A stretch of DNA of 64,000 nt, taken from assembly GCF_006345805.1 (NCBI RefSeq), contig NC_043008.1, forward strand, positions 74,400,001 through 74,464,000, written 5' to 3'. Positions 12,829-26,603 of the stretch are shown here, one piece after another. How positions within the stretch are numbered: the first letter of the stretch is position 1; every line of letters begins with the position of its first letter. Below the pieces are notes generated by a model, which searched no databases, had not been told where the DNA came from, and saw only the letters and a program-made list of their open reading frames with translations. Made by a program: the position numbers and the translations under genes. The DNA is from Octopus sinensis. Lineage: Eukaryota.

Positions 12829-12895
12829 TTTCGACATATGTTTCGAAGGCTGCATATTCCGAAGGAATACATTATGCAGATTTTTCATCAGGAAA
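12829..12895 (-). ncRNA. Type I hammerhead ribozyme (left arm)
   Basis: Minus: TTTC-CTGATGA-AAA-AT-CTGCATA..TATGCAG-CC-TTC-GAAA-CATATG-TC-GAAA; GUC site; A-C mismatch at 10.1-11.1. Confidence 0.8.
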
Positions 12896-13029
12896 GGCAA
12901 GGAACTTATGTCGACATCAAAATGCACAAAAAACGTTTAGCTGACTGCTCTCAATGAACCCATGGGCTCATTGAAAGCAGTCAGCTAAAAGTTTTTTGTG
13001 CATTTTGATGTCGACATAAGTTCCTTGCC

Positions 13030-13110
13030 TTTCCTAATGAGAAATTTGCATAATGTACTCCTTATTCCTTCGGAATTAGGAATATGCAGCCTTCGAAACA
13101 TATGTCGAAA
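13030..13110 (+). ncRNA. Type I hammerhead ribozyme (right arm)
   Basis: TTTC-CTAATGA-GAA-AT-TTGCATA..TATGCAG-CC-TTC-GAAA-CATATG-TC-GAAA; G5A change in the core. Confidence 0.75.
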
Positions 13111-13348
13111 ATAAAGGAAATTTGTTAACAAGTCGTTCAACTCCATTCTTTCATAAACTTATATTTTAAAAATAAACATACAAATTTCCGCACGAAAGCA
13201 CGTAGTCTATGCCCTAGGGACGTAACTTCAACCGTGTTCTTTCTGATGTGAATTTGCTACCCAGGTATCGGTTATCTTTCGAATTATCCTTAATAAGATA
13301 ATTCATTCAACTACCCATATATATATATATATATATAATATATATATA

Positions 13349-13381
<33 letters not shown>

Positions 13382-13383
13382 CG

Positions 13384-14278
13384 CACGAGGTATGATTAAT
13401 AAGTATCCCGACTGTTGTCATAGTAACAAACCTAAAGCATCCAGAGTAAAGATGCTGGACACAGATTGACGTTGAACTCTGTTGTGCATGTCCACTAAAT
13501 TTTAACGTTCTGGCTCACTTCCGCTGTTTGCAGAAGTGCTTGGCAGGAAGATGTATAGCGTGTGATCATTGCATTGACCATGACAGAGTAAGTTGTCATG
13601 GTGATACCTTCTCAGGGGCCAGCGCAAAGTTGCAGAAAGTGTATGGAGAGTAGTGCATGAGCCGCACACAAGTGTACGAGTAGTTCAGACGTTTCCTAGA
13701 TAGTCGAAAAAATTTTGCTATTGACGAATGTTCTGGGAGACGTGCAACCAACAGAACTGCGAAAAACATCGCAGGTGTACGTGCAGCTGTGAGGGGAAAT
13801 TGTCGAATCACCATCTGTGATTTATCAGAGGATGTGCAGATTAGTTCGGTTCAGTTCACTCCAGTATCACTAAAGATTTGGGTATGAGACGCGTGTCTCC
13901 CAAGTTTATGCCAAAACAGCTTTCACCCGTCCAAAACTCACTCGGGAGCCAGTTGCACAAGGCCTCCTTTATTGTGTCGAGAACGATGAAAACTTTCTGA
14001 AACCTTTGCGCAGGCCTCTGAGCAGGTATCACCAGGCTTTTGGCAAAATTTGATTCAGATACGTCGCTCAACTTTCTCTGTCAGTCATTGCGATGATCAT
14101 GCGCTCCGCATCTTTGTTCCAAGCACTGCTGTAAATAACGGAAGTGAGCTAGAATGTTAAAATTTAGTGCGCATGCACAGCAGAGTTCAAGGTGAATCTG
14201 TGCGAAGCGGCTTTACTCTGTGTACCTTAATCACGTTACTATGGCAACAGTGCAGATACTTATTGATCAGACTACGTA
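13384..14278. mobile_element. Mariner-derived element with two inverted 5' ends
   Basis: Plus-strand transposase N-terminus (LQKVYGE.CMSRTQVYE.FRRF..LGMRRVSPKFMPKQL). The right ~270 nt is an inverted copy of the left TIR, 5' UTR and ORF start, ending in TA. Confidence 0.85.
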
Positions 14279-14279
14279 T

Positions 14280-14311
<32 letters not shown>

Positions 14312-17300
14312 ACACATATATTTACATGTATATGATTTTTAAAAATACATCAAAGTAGGAGAATTACTTAGAGTGGCCAACAGCATGAATTTTAAAAGGA
14401 CGAATTATTCCTTTTATTTACTGAAATTATTTTCCCTTCCATTGAAGGTAAAGCAATCGCCTTTTGGCAGCTGGCACAAACGAAATGGGGAATAATCTCA
14501 AGAATCTAGAATTTTTCGGAAACTTACTACAATAAATTAGCAGTTTTGGGATAGTGTGTTGGGTATACCTAGATTTGTCAACGGACAGAATTTACGGAAT
14601 GACTTCTAAACACATTAAGCAATTTCAGCCGAAACAATTTTTACTACTAACTTAGTCATCATTAATTTCTTTGATGATCAATTTCAGGATAACTAAACTT
14701 TATTCAATTTAATGTGATTTATGCACAAACATTTTAGTAGACTTATGATTATAAGGCTTACATAAACAAGTGGTTTTAAAATGATACTAAGGTTCAATAA
14801 AGTTTAACTAATTTGTTATCAATCAAGCATATATTTTACAAGACAGCACCCATCCGTATTCATACAATCCAACGAATTCGAAAGTAAAGTTAGCTGCATT
14901 CCGCTGCAATTCCAAACAGGAAAATTTGCGAAAATATCGTCTTGTTTGAACTACATTTTTAAAAAACAAAGTATTATAACCCGCCAAAACTTTCCAGTCT
15001 TAAATGTCAATAAATATAGGAACAAAATATTCATCAAGAACTACTGGCAAGGCAATTAGTATTTCCACTGACATGAACAAGCTCATAAAGTAGAAACCAC
15101 CCATATCAACTGAGGTTAACTCAACATGCAAAATAAAAACACACAACCCGTTACTTGACTAGACATTTTTGCTGAAGCTTAGTCTTCTTTCTACTTCACT
15201 TTTTTTTACTAATTTTTCCTTCATCTATCCTTGAGGACGGAGGAATTAAAACAACTTGACGAGCTGATAATAACACTTTAAATTAGTGATGTTGCTATCG
15301 ACTATTCTGCAGAAAGAGCGCTCCCTGTCGTAACAACTAAATGTATTTGCACAGTAAGATGAGTGTCTCTAAAAGTAGACATGCAAATTTATGTACTAAG
15401 TTATTCGTGTGTGTTTATGTGTGTGTGTGTACAGTGTCTTCTGGGATTGAGCAGACAAACCGTTATTTCACCTTTCCAAAAATGTTTTTATAACGTATGT
15501 AAGGAAAAGATAGCAACATAACTCCAGATATTTCGTAGCCAACAGGTTTAATGTTTCCATGAAGACACACTATAATATATTTTGACGTACAATTGAGCCC
15601 TCCGCTCTGGATGTAGGAGGAAAAAAATATTTAGTGAAATTATATTTCTTCATACTGTCATTCTCTAAGATTTATTTGTGAAAAGACCCAAACCCTTGTA
15701 ATAGAATGTTTTATTCTACTCTATACACACAATCAGTATATATCTCAGCTTTTGTGAAAATGTAATATGAGAACATACTTTCAACAAGGTTTTGTGTTGT
15801 TCAAACTAGCAGAATATTTAACAAAGCAACATGCCTTCTGTTAGCGTTTATAAACAGCGAAACGTTCTTAATACATTCAGAACGTATCTCCCTATAGCAT
15901 TGTAGCTATTCAGCTTCAGGCATTCTTCTTCCATAAAACTATTCAACAACTCCATTTTCACTGACAGGCTTCTGTTTTTGCTAATTATATTTGTCACATT
16001 GTCTTCTTTCATCGGATTTTTGGTTCCTGATATTTCCACAGAAAAAGGATTTCTCGAGAACTTTTACACTTTCTAAAACAATTAAGTTTACTATGTATCG
16101 AATTTAATAATTCTTCCTTAGATTCACAGACGTACTGTAAGGGCCTAGTGGTTAAGAAATTCACTGCTTAATCATGAAATCCCGGATTCGGCCTCGCCAC
16201 ATGAAATCTTGGATATATATCTCTTACCGAGCCGAACCATATGAGACGGAAAATACATGTTAACTTCTCAGATGAATTATACCCACCTTGTTACATTTGT
16301 TCTATACAAATCACAGTGTGGTAAATATTGTCCAGCCTCTTTTATTCTGAATTTAACCACACCATAATAACTATTGAAACTCATAACTAAATTACTTAGC
16401 GTTTTATATCTTTGCTATTGATGTTCGTCCTCAAATCCTTCCTGGTAAAGAAAAACACCTCTAATCAAAAGTATTCTAATTTGATTATTTTATCTTAAAT
16501 TCAGTCATTGTATATCTAGAACTATACTATATTGTGATTTCTATCTTTATCAAATAGAAGGCCTTACAATATATGTTCCAGCTCTCTGCATACTGAGTTC
16601 AACTCCTACAAAAGTAATCTTTTCCTCTCGTCTTTTTGGGAATTGCCAGACTTATCTAGAATAGATTCTTCTCATCTTTCCTTTCTCAAAGCATTTGTGC
16701 TTGTTATTCAAAAGTCAAGAAGTATAACATTTCACTTTCATTCGGCTTGAACATTACATTAAGGGTAAGCGTATCTGTGGAATACTCAGCCAAGCATACT
16801 TTCACAACATGAGTAGATATTCAATTGACGAACTATGATATGCTTATTGCCGATACTAACGGATAATTATTATGGGGATCTGTGATAAAACTCATACAGC
16901 TTGCAGTAGTAATGATATCTACTCAAGTTAGGTATATTATTTCTACTTTTACATCGATACAGCTGTTATCTGTCTGACGCGCTACTCACTCAGCTGCTAT
17001 GCAATATCTTCTAATCTATTATTACTAATCAATCATTTCTCTACATAATCTGAAAATTGCAGCTGACCCAATTGTTATGATATTGAACAGCTAATCGAAT
17101 ACCTAAGCTTACCTAAGTATCGAATATTCCTGTCAGTAAAACTTATTGAAGATACAATCATGATTAGGTTCAAACATTGAACCAAACCATGAAAGCAGTG
17201 TGTCATGAAGTAGATAAAATTAGGATTGACACATCAAGCAAACAGATTAGAAGTTTGTGTGGAATTGCTTGGGTTGGCGAAACATCATCACTACACTTTG

Positions 17301-18280
17301 ATATATTCACGTTAGCCACTTCATTTTGGTAGTTATTGTCACAATAACTACTGTTATGTCTCGGATTTCTTCAGATAATTCTTGTACTGTTTAGGGGCTT
17401 TCTTAGAATTTCGTACAGTAATCGTTACTAAATGCACATATACAGATTATTCTCATGCTACTGTTTATATGAGGGATATTTTTCCTATTTGTGATTATAG
17501 TATATATTGACTGAACCGGTGGTTGAACTCGTCCTCGTCTATTGTTTAGTCTAACATATTTGTGATGTTACATACTGTGTACTTAAACAATAATTTGTTT
17601 TTTATTGACCCAGCGAATGAGCTCATTCTCAGTTACTAAACTTACTACATTTAAACAATACGTATATCCACTAACATATACTTAGCTAATGGAAATAGAA
17701 TCTTTAAACTTGATTTTTAGTTGTAAGATTAAGGTGGGGTTTTACTTTTATTTTCTTAAAAGCTGTTTCTCTCTATGCTATTCTGAGTGAGGAGGTTAAC
17801 AAAGACCAGTAAATGAACTGCTACTTTAAGTCGCTTTACCTTTCACTGTTGGCCTCTCTTTATTGACTTATCTTTATTGTATTCTTTCGCAGAAAGATCA
17901 ACCGAGCCCGATTTATTTTTGTTTTTATTTATTTTTTGTTCATGCGATTAAACTTTAAAGTATTCCGGCAGCTAAATTCTAATTAAGAGGGGTTTGTAGT
18001 GACCTTCATGCACACACGCAGCTACGGCCCCTAAAATTAAAAATAAAGGTACATTGTAAAACTGTAATTCGTAATGAGATAGAAAAACTAGGACAAAAGT
18101 ATGTCATTGTCTTTAGTGAAACAAAGGCAAGATAAAAGAACGGTTGCAACACTGGAAGGCAAGACGATTTAAAGAATCAAAATGTTTATTGGGCTTTGAT
18201 AATTCATCATTTGGCGCTGCATAGTGATGGATACCCTACGGGAACCTATATTTTTTAAAGAATGGAAATTAATTCTTTAG

Positions 18281-18373
18281 CGTCGGATATCATCAATCGA
18301 TGTTTCACGATTGAGAACAGCGGACATCATCAACTGATGCTTCAAAAGATTTTAGATATGGCCACCATCAAAG
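18281..18373 (+). other. Candidate 93-nt internal exon (phase 1-1) of an unidentified gene
   Basis: TTAATTCTTTAG| acceptor and AAG|GTAAGT donor; one frame open (SDIINRCFTIENSGHHQLMLQKILDMATIK). No family recognised. Confidence 0.3.
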
Positions 18374-18699
18374 GTAAGTGAATATTCTACGACATTTTTC
18401 AATAATGCGACTGTAAATTTTATTATGCCAGTTGTTAAACTTCTTTAAAGTGAAAATGAATCTAAAATTTGCGCTTAAGAAAAAAAGACACTTTGGGGTC
18501 TTACCCGTTTAGCACACAAATACAAGGAACCCATTTACCACTGTTTAAGACCATGAACCCATTTATTCTCAAACATCTTTATTTACATCACTTGATTATC
18601 CCACAGGAAAGTTGTCAGCGTGGTTGAGTAGGTGTAGTAGCTTCGCTATTGAGTGTGTGTTCGACCCCTGCTCCTGGCGATATATAATGCACATCAAAA

Positions 18700-19745
18700 T
18701 ATAGATACACATTACAGGATGATTTTCCTCCTTTTCAACATAGTCACCACTACTTCCAATGGCAGTGTTCCACTTACGAATAAGGGCATGTCTCCCAGAT
18801 CCGTAAAACTCAGTTGGCTGCTGACATAACCAATTCTTTACTTCTTCATCACTAACATGTTTGTCTCCCAGTGCCTCTTTCTTTGGACCAAAGAGATGAA
18901 GGTCTGAGGGTACTAAGTCAGTTGAGTAGGGAGAATGCGACAGAGTTGTACACCCGAAACAAGAGTTTACCTCCCTTCTTCTGAGTTTTAAGTGAAGCCT
19001 GGCATTGTCCTTTTGAAGAAGAACATTATTCAACTTTAAATTTGGACTTACTCGGTTGATTCGTGCTCGAAGTCTTTTAAGGGTTGACTGTTGCCACTTG
19101 CCAATAAATTGACAAGAATATTACTTTGGGCGTCCCGAAAGAGAGTTGTTATGATTTTTCCAACTGGCTTTTCTCCTTTAAACATTTATAACTTTGGAGA
19201 CGTCGAATGATGCCATTCCATTGATTGTCTTTTTATTCTGGTTTCTAATGAGGAATTCCAGTTCCATCACCAATTATGAACCTTTGATAGAAGGTTTTTA
19301 CCTCACTGAGTTCAAGGACTTCATTTCAATAGTTAACCCTTCCAGTTCTATGCTCGCCAGCCAGTTGTTTTGGTACCTAATAGACACACACATTTTCAAG
19401 TGACTGATTAATGTCTGTTATGGATAACTCTAAGCTCTGATACCAGCTCAACAATGGTTATGCGCCTATCAGCTCTCATTGAAGCTTTTCCTTTTTGGAA
19501 GAGTTGACGGTAGTTCACGCGTTACCTCTACGTTGCGTGTCTTCTCATCTTGAATTTCCCAATTCCTTTTGGTCTATTAAATCCTCATTCAGACGGTGGA
19601 CTCATCTCCACACACAGTTGTAGTCTACAGCTTTATATTTGCAAACATCTTTCAGTCTTTTATGAATGTTTAGAGGAGCGTATCGTTCAGCAACAAGGGA
19701 CTCATTTACTGTTCTTTGCTTCTGATACACTTCCACTGTGCAGCC
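18700..19745 (-). pseudogene. Mariner transposase pseudogene
   Basis: VPKQL, IIGDGT, KRQSMEWHHSTSPK, DNAR and HSPYSTDLVPSDLHLFGPKKEAL..GDYVEK in order on the minus strand. Confidence 0.9.
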
Positions 19746-20580
19746 ATTTTGATATTAGCTATTTATTCATATATCTCAAAAACAACTTAGAAAATGAAAG
19801 TCCGAGAGTATATAAGCCGTTATCACATATTCAATAACTCCATTGGCTAATGCGCCTCTTATGATAAAAATTGCTTTATTTTTTGACTCAACTTCATAAT
19901 GTGGTTCAAGTGGAACGAAAAGGTGACACCACATCTAGCCAAATAGCTAATACATGAATATCCCTTGTATACACAATGATGGGCGAGCAACAATCAACCT
20001 CTGAAGATTTAATAATGGGTTCTGCTCTAAACTGTAACTATATTATCAAATACAACATCCACCTACACGGTTCAATGAGTGAAATGCTGGACCAAGATGA
20101 GAACACTAATCCGAATATAAGTTCTAATAAAACACAGGAACTACCGATAATATTTATGATACTGTTTACGCAATTATTGTAAAATAGCCAGAAATAATAA
20201 ATAGTCAAGGCGATTCGTTAAGCAGGTTCTCACTTCAAAATCATTTCGAATCGACTTCACAATTCACTTACTCTCGCCACCATTACGTTCGATAATTAAG
20301 TTCCATTATTATCCAGAATATTACTGGTATGTATTCAATTGTGCATATAGTTTCCTGTAGAAATTGACGGTTTTCCATGACACAAGTAAACACTTATCTA
20401 TGTGGTCTTATTGCCATTCAAGAGAAGCCAATTAATCGAATATTAGCTATTTTACTGAAAACTCTCACCAAATAATACCTAATTTATGTGAACGATTAAT
20501 TCCCTTATTACGCTAATTACTTCAAAGCCATTTATATATATATAATATATATATATATATACACACACACACGTATATAT

Positions 20581-20614
<34 letters not shown>

Positions 20615-22654
20615 GACCGCAAATTAGCAAATTGAACAATTAAACAATTTAGCAACTGTATGTTCTACAAATTTTCGCTAATGGTAACGGTTTCTCAAAA
20701 TATTTGACCAATATAAATTAAGTGCATTAGTAAAATGCTGCCTTAATTATGTTCGGGATGTAAAAGAGTAATGTACGAACCTTAATGGAAAGTATTATCC
20801 GTGAATGGGCTACCGAAGTATCAATGACTGTGTTCGTACAATCAAATTTATTCTTCAACACAGTTTCGAATTAATTCTGTGATACAGACACAGTCAACAG
20901 CTCATGCATTCAGAGATCTTAATTGAACACGAAACATTTTACCGATTTGGTATTTAAGCAAAAAAATAAAGTCAAGGGTATGTATTTGTTATTCGGGATA
21001 TTCTATGATTCTCAAATTTCTTTCAGATATTTATAGTGAATAGGAAATGCGTCATAGGTAAGATTCATCCGAGAAAATAGCTGTGTGAAATTATCTGATT
21101 TTCACAGTAAAAGGTTAATGAGAATGCTAACACAAGTAGTGATTTGTCTTCCCAATGTGATTAGAGGTAATTGACTGGTTATTAGTTTTGAAATTTTCTT
21201 TCTTTTCTTCTAAATGATTTGTGTCAGTTGCTGTAAAAAATCTATCTAATCACACACCGCTATATATCACACTAAATATAACTTCCCATCAATCTACTCC
21301 GGCTTGGTTTATATACAAACCACTGTGACTTTAAAGTTTGCTTAGATATCAATGTATAGCAAAGCACACGAAAATGAAAAAAAAATTACTTTTCTGATAT
21401 TTTCTTTGTGACATAAAGCAATGAGGGAGTATGAGTTACTATTAGTTTTGGTCGAAATTGAGGAAGCCATTACTGTTTGACACGAAAACTATCCGTATCT
21501 ATTGGATAAAAATAAAAAGTAATTCTCAGGAGATGATAAGATCTCGAAGATAAATGAGAACAATCATATTATACTAAAATGATAATGGGTGCTTTTATTT
21601 CAGAATATATAACAGAAATCACTCTGTTCAAGCCATTTACATCTTATAACATCGCCGTTGTTTTACTACAATTTTGTTCAACTGTTCTGCTTCAGATTAT
21701 AGACAATAAAAGTGCAATTATAGTAGTTAGGTACATGTAGATCTATGTTTAAATCAAGGTTGGGCATATGGGTTAGTAAAGGGTGAAGGATGCAATTATA
21801 AGAGGTCAACGTAAGAAAAGATGACCTTTTTGAAATGACGCCAAATACTTTTACAATATTATGTTTGTAAGAAATCATTAACTCCTCGTAAAATTTCAAT
21901 GTTAAATTATATTTTCGCATCATTTGATGTTCAGAACCATTCTGTACTGTACAGTGAATAAAATCAGCCACAGACTGGACATTTGTTTAGATGGTCAGTG
22001 AAGGTTTTTCTGTTTTGAACAAGCAGCAGATATTGATGGTCCAACTGACAATATTTTGAAATATCACTGAAAAGATTGACGGATCTTATAAAGCTTGTAG
22101 CAATATATGGGACCCATATATGCCTCTTAAATAAAGAAAATTATATTTTCGGGTTTTCCATATGCTTTTGTCGCTACTAGTGATGTTGTTGCTGTTCAAA
22201 CCTGCGTCATCTTTAATTAAACAGACTTATGATCAAAGTAGTACGCGTAAAGACTTACCCGGCTATCTTTCTTGCCTCATACTGTATTTTACAGCATACA
22301 ATTCAAAATTTTTGGATCAAAATTTACAGTTAAATCGGAACTCCACTTTTAGATCAAAACTACTTTGGAGGAACAGAAATAAATTCCATGTGAAATTCAG
22401 CAGCGTTTGGAAAAATAACGACCATATTTGAATGTTTCATTACATGTTTACAATCTACGTAGAATCGTGTGCCGGAAAATACAATATATTGTAAATAAGA
22501 CGAGTGCACTATCAACAATAGCCTTCAATAAAACGATAGGGTTTGAGGGAGTAAAACCGTGGATTCGTCCTTACTTTACTCAGTTAACATTAAAAAGTTA
22601 GTTTATAAAGAACTAGGTATCATATTATTATTACAAAACAGCAATAATAGAAAT

Positions 22655-23081
22655 ATTGGTTTCAAATATTGGCACAAGGCCAGCTATTTCGGAGAAGTGA
22701 TTAAGTCGATTACATCGACCTCAGTACTCAACAAGTACTTTCTTTTACCGACCCTGAAAGGAAGAAAGGTAAAGTCGACGTCGGCGGAATTTGAACTAAG
22801 GATGGTGGAAATGCTGCTAAGAGTTTTGTCTGGTGTGCTAACGATTCTGCTAGCTCAACACCTTAGTAGTTATAGAAATATTGAAAAGTAACTATCGGTG
22901 ACCTGGCAGAATCGTTAGTATGCAGACGTAATCCATAGCGGCATTTGAACCGTCTTTACATTCCGTGAGCAAATCCCGATGAAATCCAGGTCGATAAAAT
23001 AAGTATTAGTTGAACCCTGGGGTCGATGTAATCTACTTACCCCTCCCATAAAGTTGATGGCCTTGTGCCAAAATTGGGAGC

Positions 23082-23148
<67 letters not shown>

Positions 23149-23165
23149 GTTATTTTTATTTTTAT
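22655..23165 (+). mobile_element. SINE family B fragments with (TTA)n tail
   Basis: CTGGCAGAATCGTTAG...GGTCGATAAAATAAGTA...GGGGTCGATGTAATC...GGCCTTGTGCCAAAA(TTA)n; same family as the 26.3-29.2 kb cluster. Confidence 0.7.
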
Positions 23166-23499
23166 TATTATTATTGTCGCTATAACTGGAGATGTGTTTT
23201 TCGAGCGCTCTAAGTTTATGACTAATTCACTTGTTTAAAATGTTTTTTGCTGTATTTTGTTGTTTGCCTCGTTTTGAAAGCCAACTTCCTTTCTGATGGG
23301 AGGGTGCTGACTTTGTTAGCCAAAACCCCATTTTGGGGGTGATACAAACCTTTTTTTATTTTTTATTTCTTCGCAAATTTACTTCGATGGAAGTAAACAT
23401 TGAACATGTCAACGAAAAACGGAATTGTGGAAAGAAGGTGGTACGGCAATTTGGACGAGGACTTCCCGTCCTCCCCACCATGATTGGCAGCAGCAGCAG

Positions 23500-23645
23500 A
23501 AGAAGGAGAAGAAGAAGAAGAAGAGAAGAAGAAGAGAAGAAGAAGAAGAAGAAGAAGAAGAAGAAGAAGAAGAAGAAGAAGAAGAAGAAGAAGAAGAAGA
23601 AGAAGAAGAAGAAGAAGAAGAAGAAGAAGAAGAAGAAGAAGAACA
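23500..23645. repeat. (GAA)n microsatellite
   Basis: Direct reading; source of the poly-K, poly-E and poly-R ORFs. Confidence 0.95.
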
Positions 23646-23689
23646 AGAACAAGGTGAGAGGAAGAAAGGAGTAAAGCCTTCCTTACTAC

Positions 23690-24350
23690 ATGGAAATTGT
23701 AGTAGCACGAACAACCCTGAAAGTAACTGCTGCGAAGAGACTATGGAGTTAGAAGCGGGAAACAGACTTTTGCAGATATCCCGGCAGTTAAGGAATTGGT
23801 TAACATCTCATTGGAGAACAAAATAGAAAAACTAAACAACGCAGCAAAATATATGAAAATGTATCGAGGGAGGGCAGAAGTGAAGCCTCCAAGCGACGTT
23901 CTTGAAGGAACAGCCAAACCGACAGTTGTCTATAGGTGCGTGAACATAAAGACAAGGAAACTCGAAAAAGTTAAACGCGACTAGATGGAAAAGGCCTTGA
24001 AAGATGTATGGCAGGATATCCGCCATATTGCAAGAGCGAGGCAGTACAACGGAGTAGAGGTCCTTTTTAGGGCCAAGGGGCAGATGATACAGAGCTCTGT
24101 GGCCACACGTCGCACCGAAGAAATCGCCCTCTTCCCAACATACTCGGGAAGAAGAGCAGTACGAATTACAGTGCAAGGTGTCCTACCAGGCTTGGATTGA
24201 TGGTGGATTCTGGCCTGTATATGTACAGACGTTGGGGCGGGGGAGAATTTCCTGAATGTTAAAAAATCGAGATGGGAGAATTGGGTTGGGACTACCTTGG
24301 AAACTGCTCCTAATGATCCAATTACCTCCGATATCATTATTACTTTCCTC
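23690..24350 (+). mobile_element. Possible LINE ORF1/gag-like remnant
   Basis: Non-repetitive coding-like stretch (RRAVRITVQGVLPGLD.WWIL) right after (GAA)n; family assignment is a guess. Confidence 0.25.
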
Positions 24351-24489
24351 ATGCCCCATAACTTTCCTATCTCATCCTGCAGTGGCTGGTATTTCCTTAT
24401 ATTTCATCTTCGTTCATCATCTATTATCTTTACTTCTTTGTCATCTTTATGGATAGCTCGGTGTCTTGTCGTCTTGACTCTGTGACTTG

Positions 24490-25370
24490 TCCGCACTCCC
24501 TGTTAAAATCCCAGAGTATTTTGCAATGTTCGTTTTCCATTACTCCCTTTGGCTTATGTTTAGACCATTTTTCAGATCTCTCAAGGTTTGCTTTCTTAGA
24601 TAATCTTAGCTATTTCATTTGCTAGTTCCTTTAATCGGGGTTCACTGTAACCTCGTTTGATATAAGGATGTACAAAAGCATTTGCCTGTTTTCAGTAATC
24701 CCCTATGTCACTACAAATCCATTTTATCCTCAACAATTGAGATTTGGGATTTGACCGAATAATATGTTGTGGATGATCGGAGCGACGGTGGAGATAAATC
24801 TGGGATGATGTAAGCTCGCAAAATAACTCTATCACTATTCTGCCTCCAGAAAACTTAACTTTTGTGTCCAAAAATTCAACGCTAGTTTTTGAAAAACTAG
24901 TCATAGATCTTATGTTGGACTTAAAGCCATAGTTTTTAGCATAACAGTCACAGAATTGCAAGAAGTCCATTAAACTGTTCTGTGATCCCTCACAGACAAA
25001 AATTACGTCATCAATAAACCGAAGATAGAGTATTGGTTCATGACCATGAAGGGATTTGAATGTCTTCAATAACTGAGTCTCGAATTTCGTCATGAAGACA
25101 TTAGCGAAATTAACTGCCATGGGGTACCCATGGTGCAACTCTTCGTCTGGTGGTAAAATATTTGTCCAAATTTCATTGTGTTACTTTGTAACACAAATCT
25201 CAATACTCTACAAAGACAATTTGATGGAATACTTTTGTTTGACCGTTTTTCGAAGGCATCCGTGCATGCTTCTATCCCTTCGTCGTAGTCAATATTGGAA
25301 TATAAGGACGTTACATCCATGGTTACCAAAAAACAGTTCTCGGCACGGCCTTTTCTTTTCGCCTGTTATA
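24490..25370 (-). mobile_element. Penelope-like RT fragment (frameshifted)
   Basis: VTMDVTSLYSNID, FYHQTKSCTMGTP, FANVFMTKFE, YLRFIDDV, VEFLDTKV, YLHRRSDHP. Confidence 0.9.
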
Positions 25371-25640
25371 AAATTGAAACTTAAAGTCTGATGATGTCAT
25401 TCCATCAACATGTGGACGCTGGTTGCTCTCGTTCATATTTTAATTCGAATTTCAATAATTTTGAATTTTTATCACTTCTTATATTGAACTTGACAAAGAC
25501 AGACGTACTATTGAAATATCATTCAACCAATAAACTATCTATTACAATCGAATTGCGCTCTTCGTCTTTACTATTTTCCTTTGTGAAGAGTTACATCAAT
25601 CCTTTTAAAAATTATTATTATTACTATTATTATTATTATT

Positions 25641-26310
<670 letters not shown>

Positions 26311-26311
26311 T

Positions 26312-26525
26312 AAGGCAGCGAGCTGGCAGAATCTTTAGCACGCCGGGAAAAATAATTAGCAGTATTTCGTTCGCCGCTACATTTTGGGTTCGAATTCCGC
26401 CGAGGTCGACTTTGCCTTTCATCCTTTTGGGGTCGGTTAAATAAGTACCAGTTACGCTCTGGGGTCGATGTAATCGACTTAATCCCTTCTCCCAAATTTG
26501 TGGCCTTGGGCTTCCAGTAGAAAGA

Positions 26526-26603
<78 letters not shown>

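Larger units (their letters stand above)
12775..13164. repeat. ~390-nt near-perfect spacerless palindrome (fold-back) after (TA)n
   Basis: The arms are reverse complements around CCCATGGG (12959-12966), with a few substitutions and indels. Confidence 0.95.
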
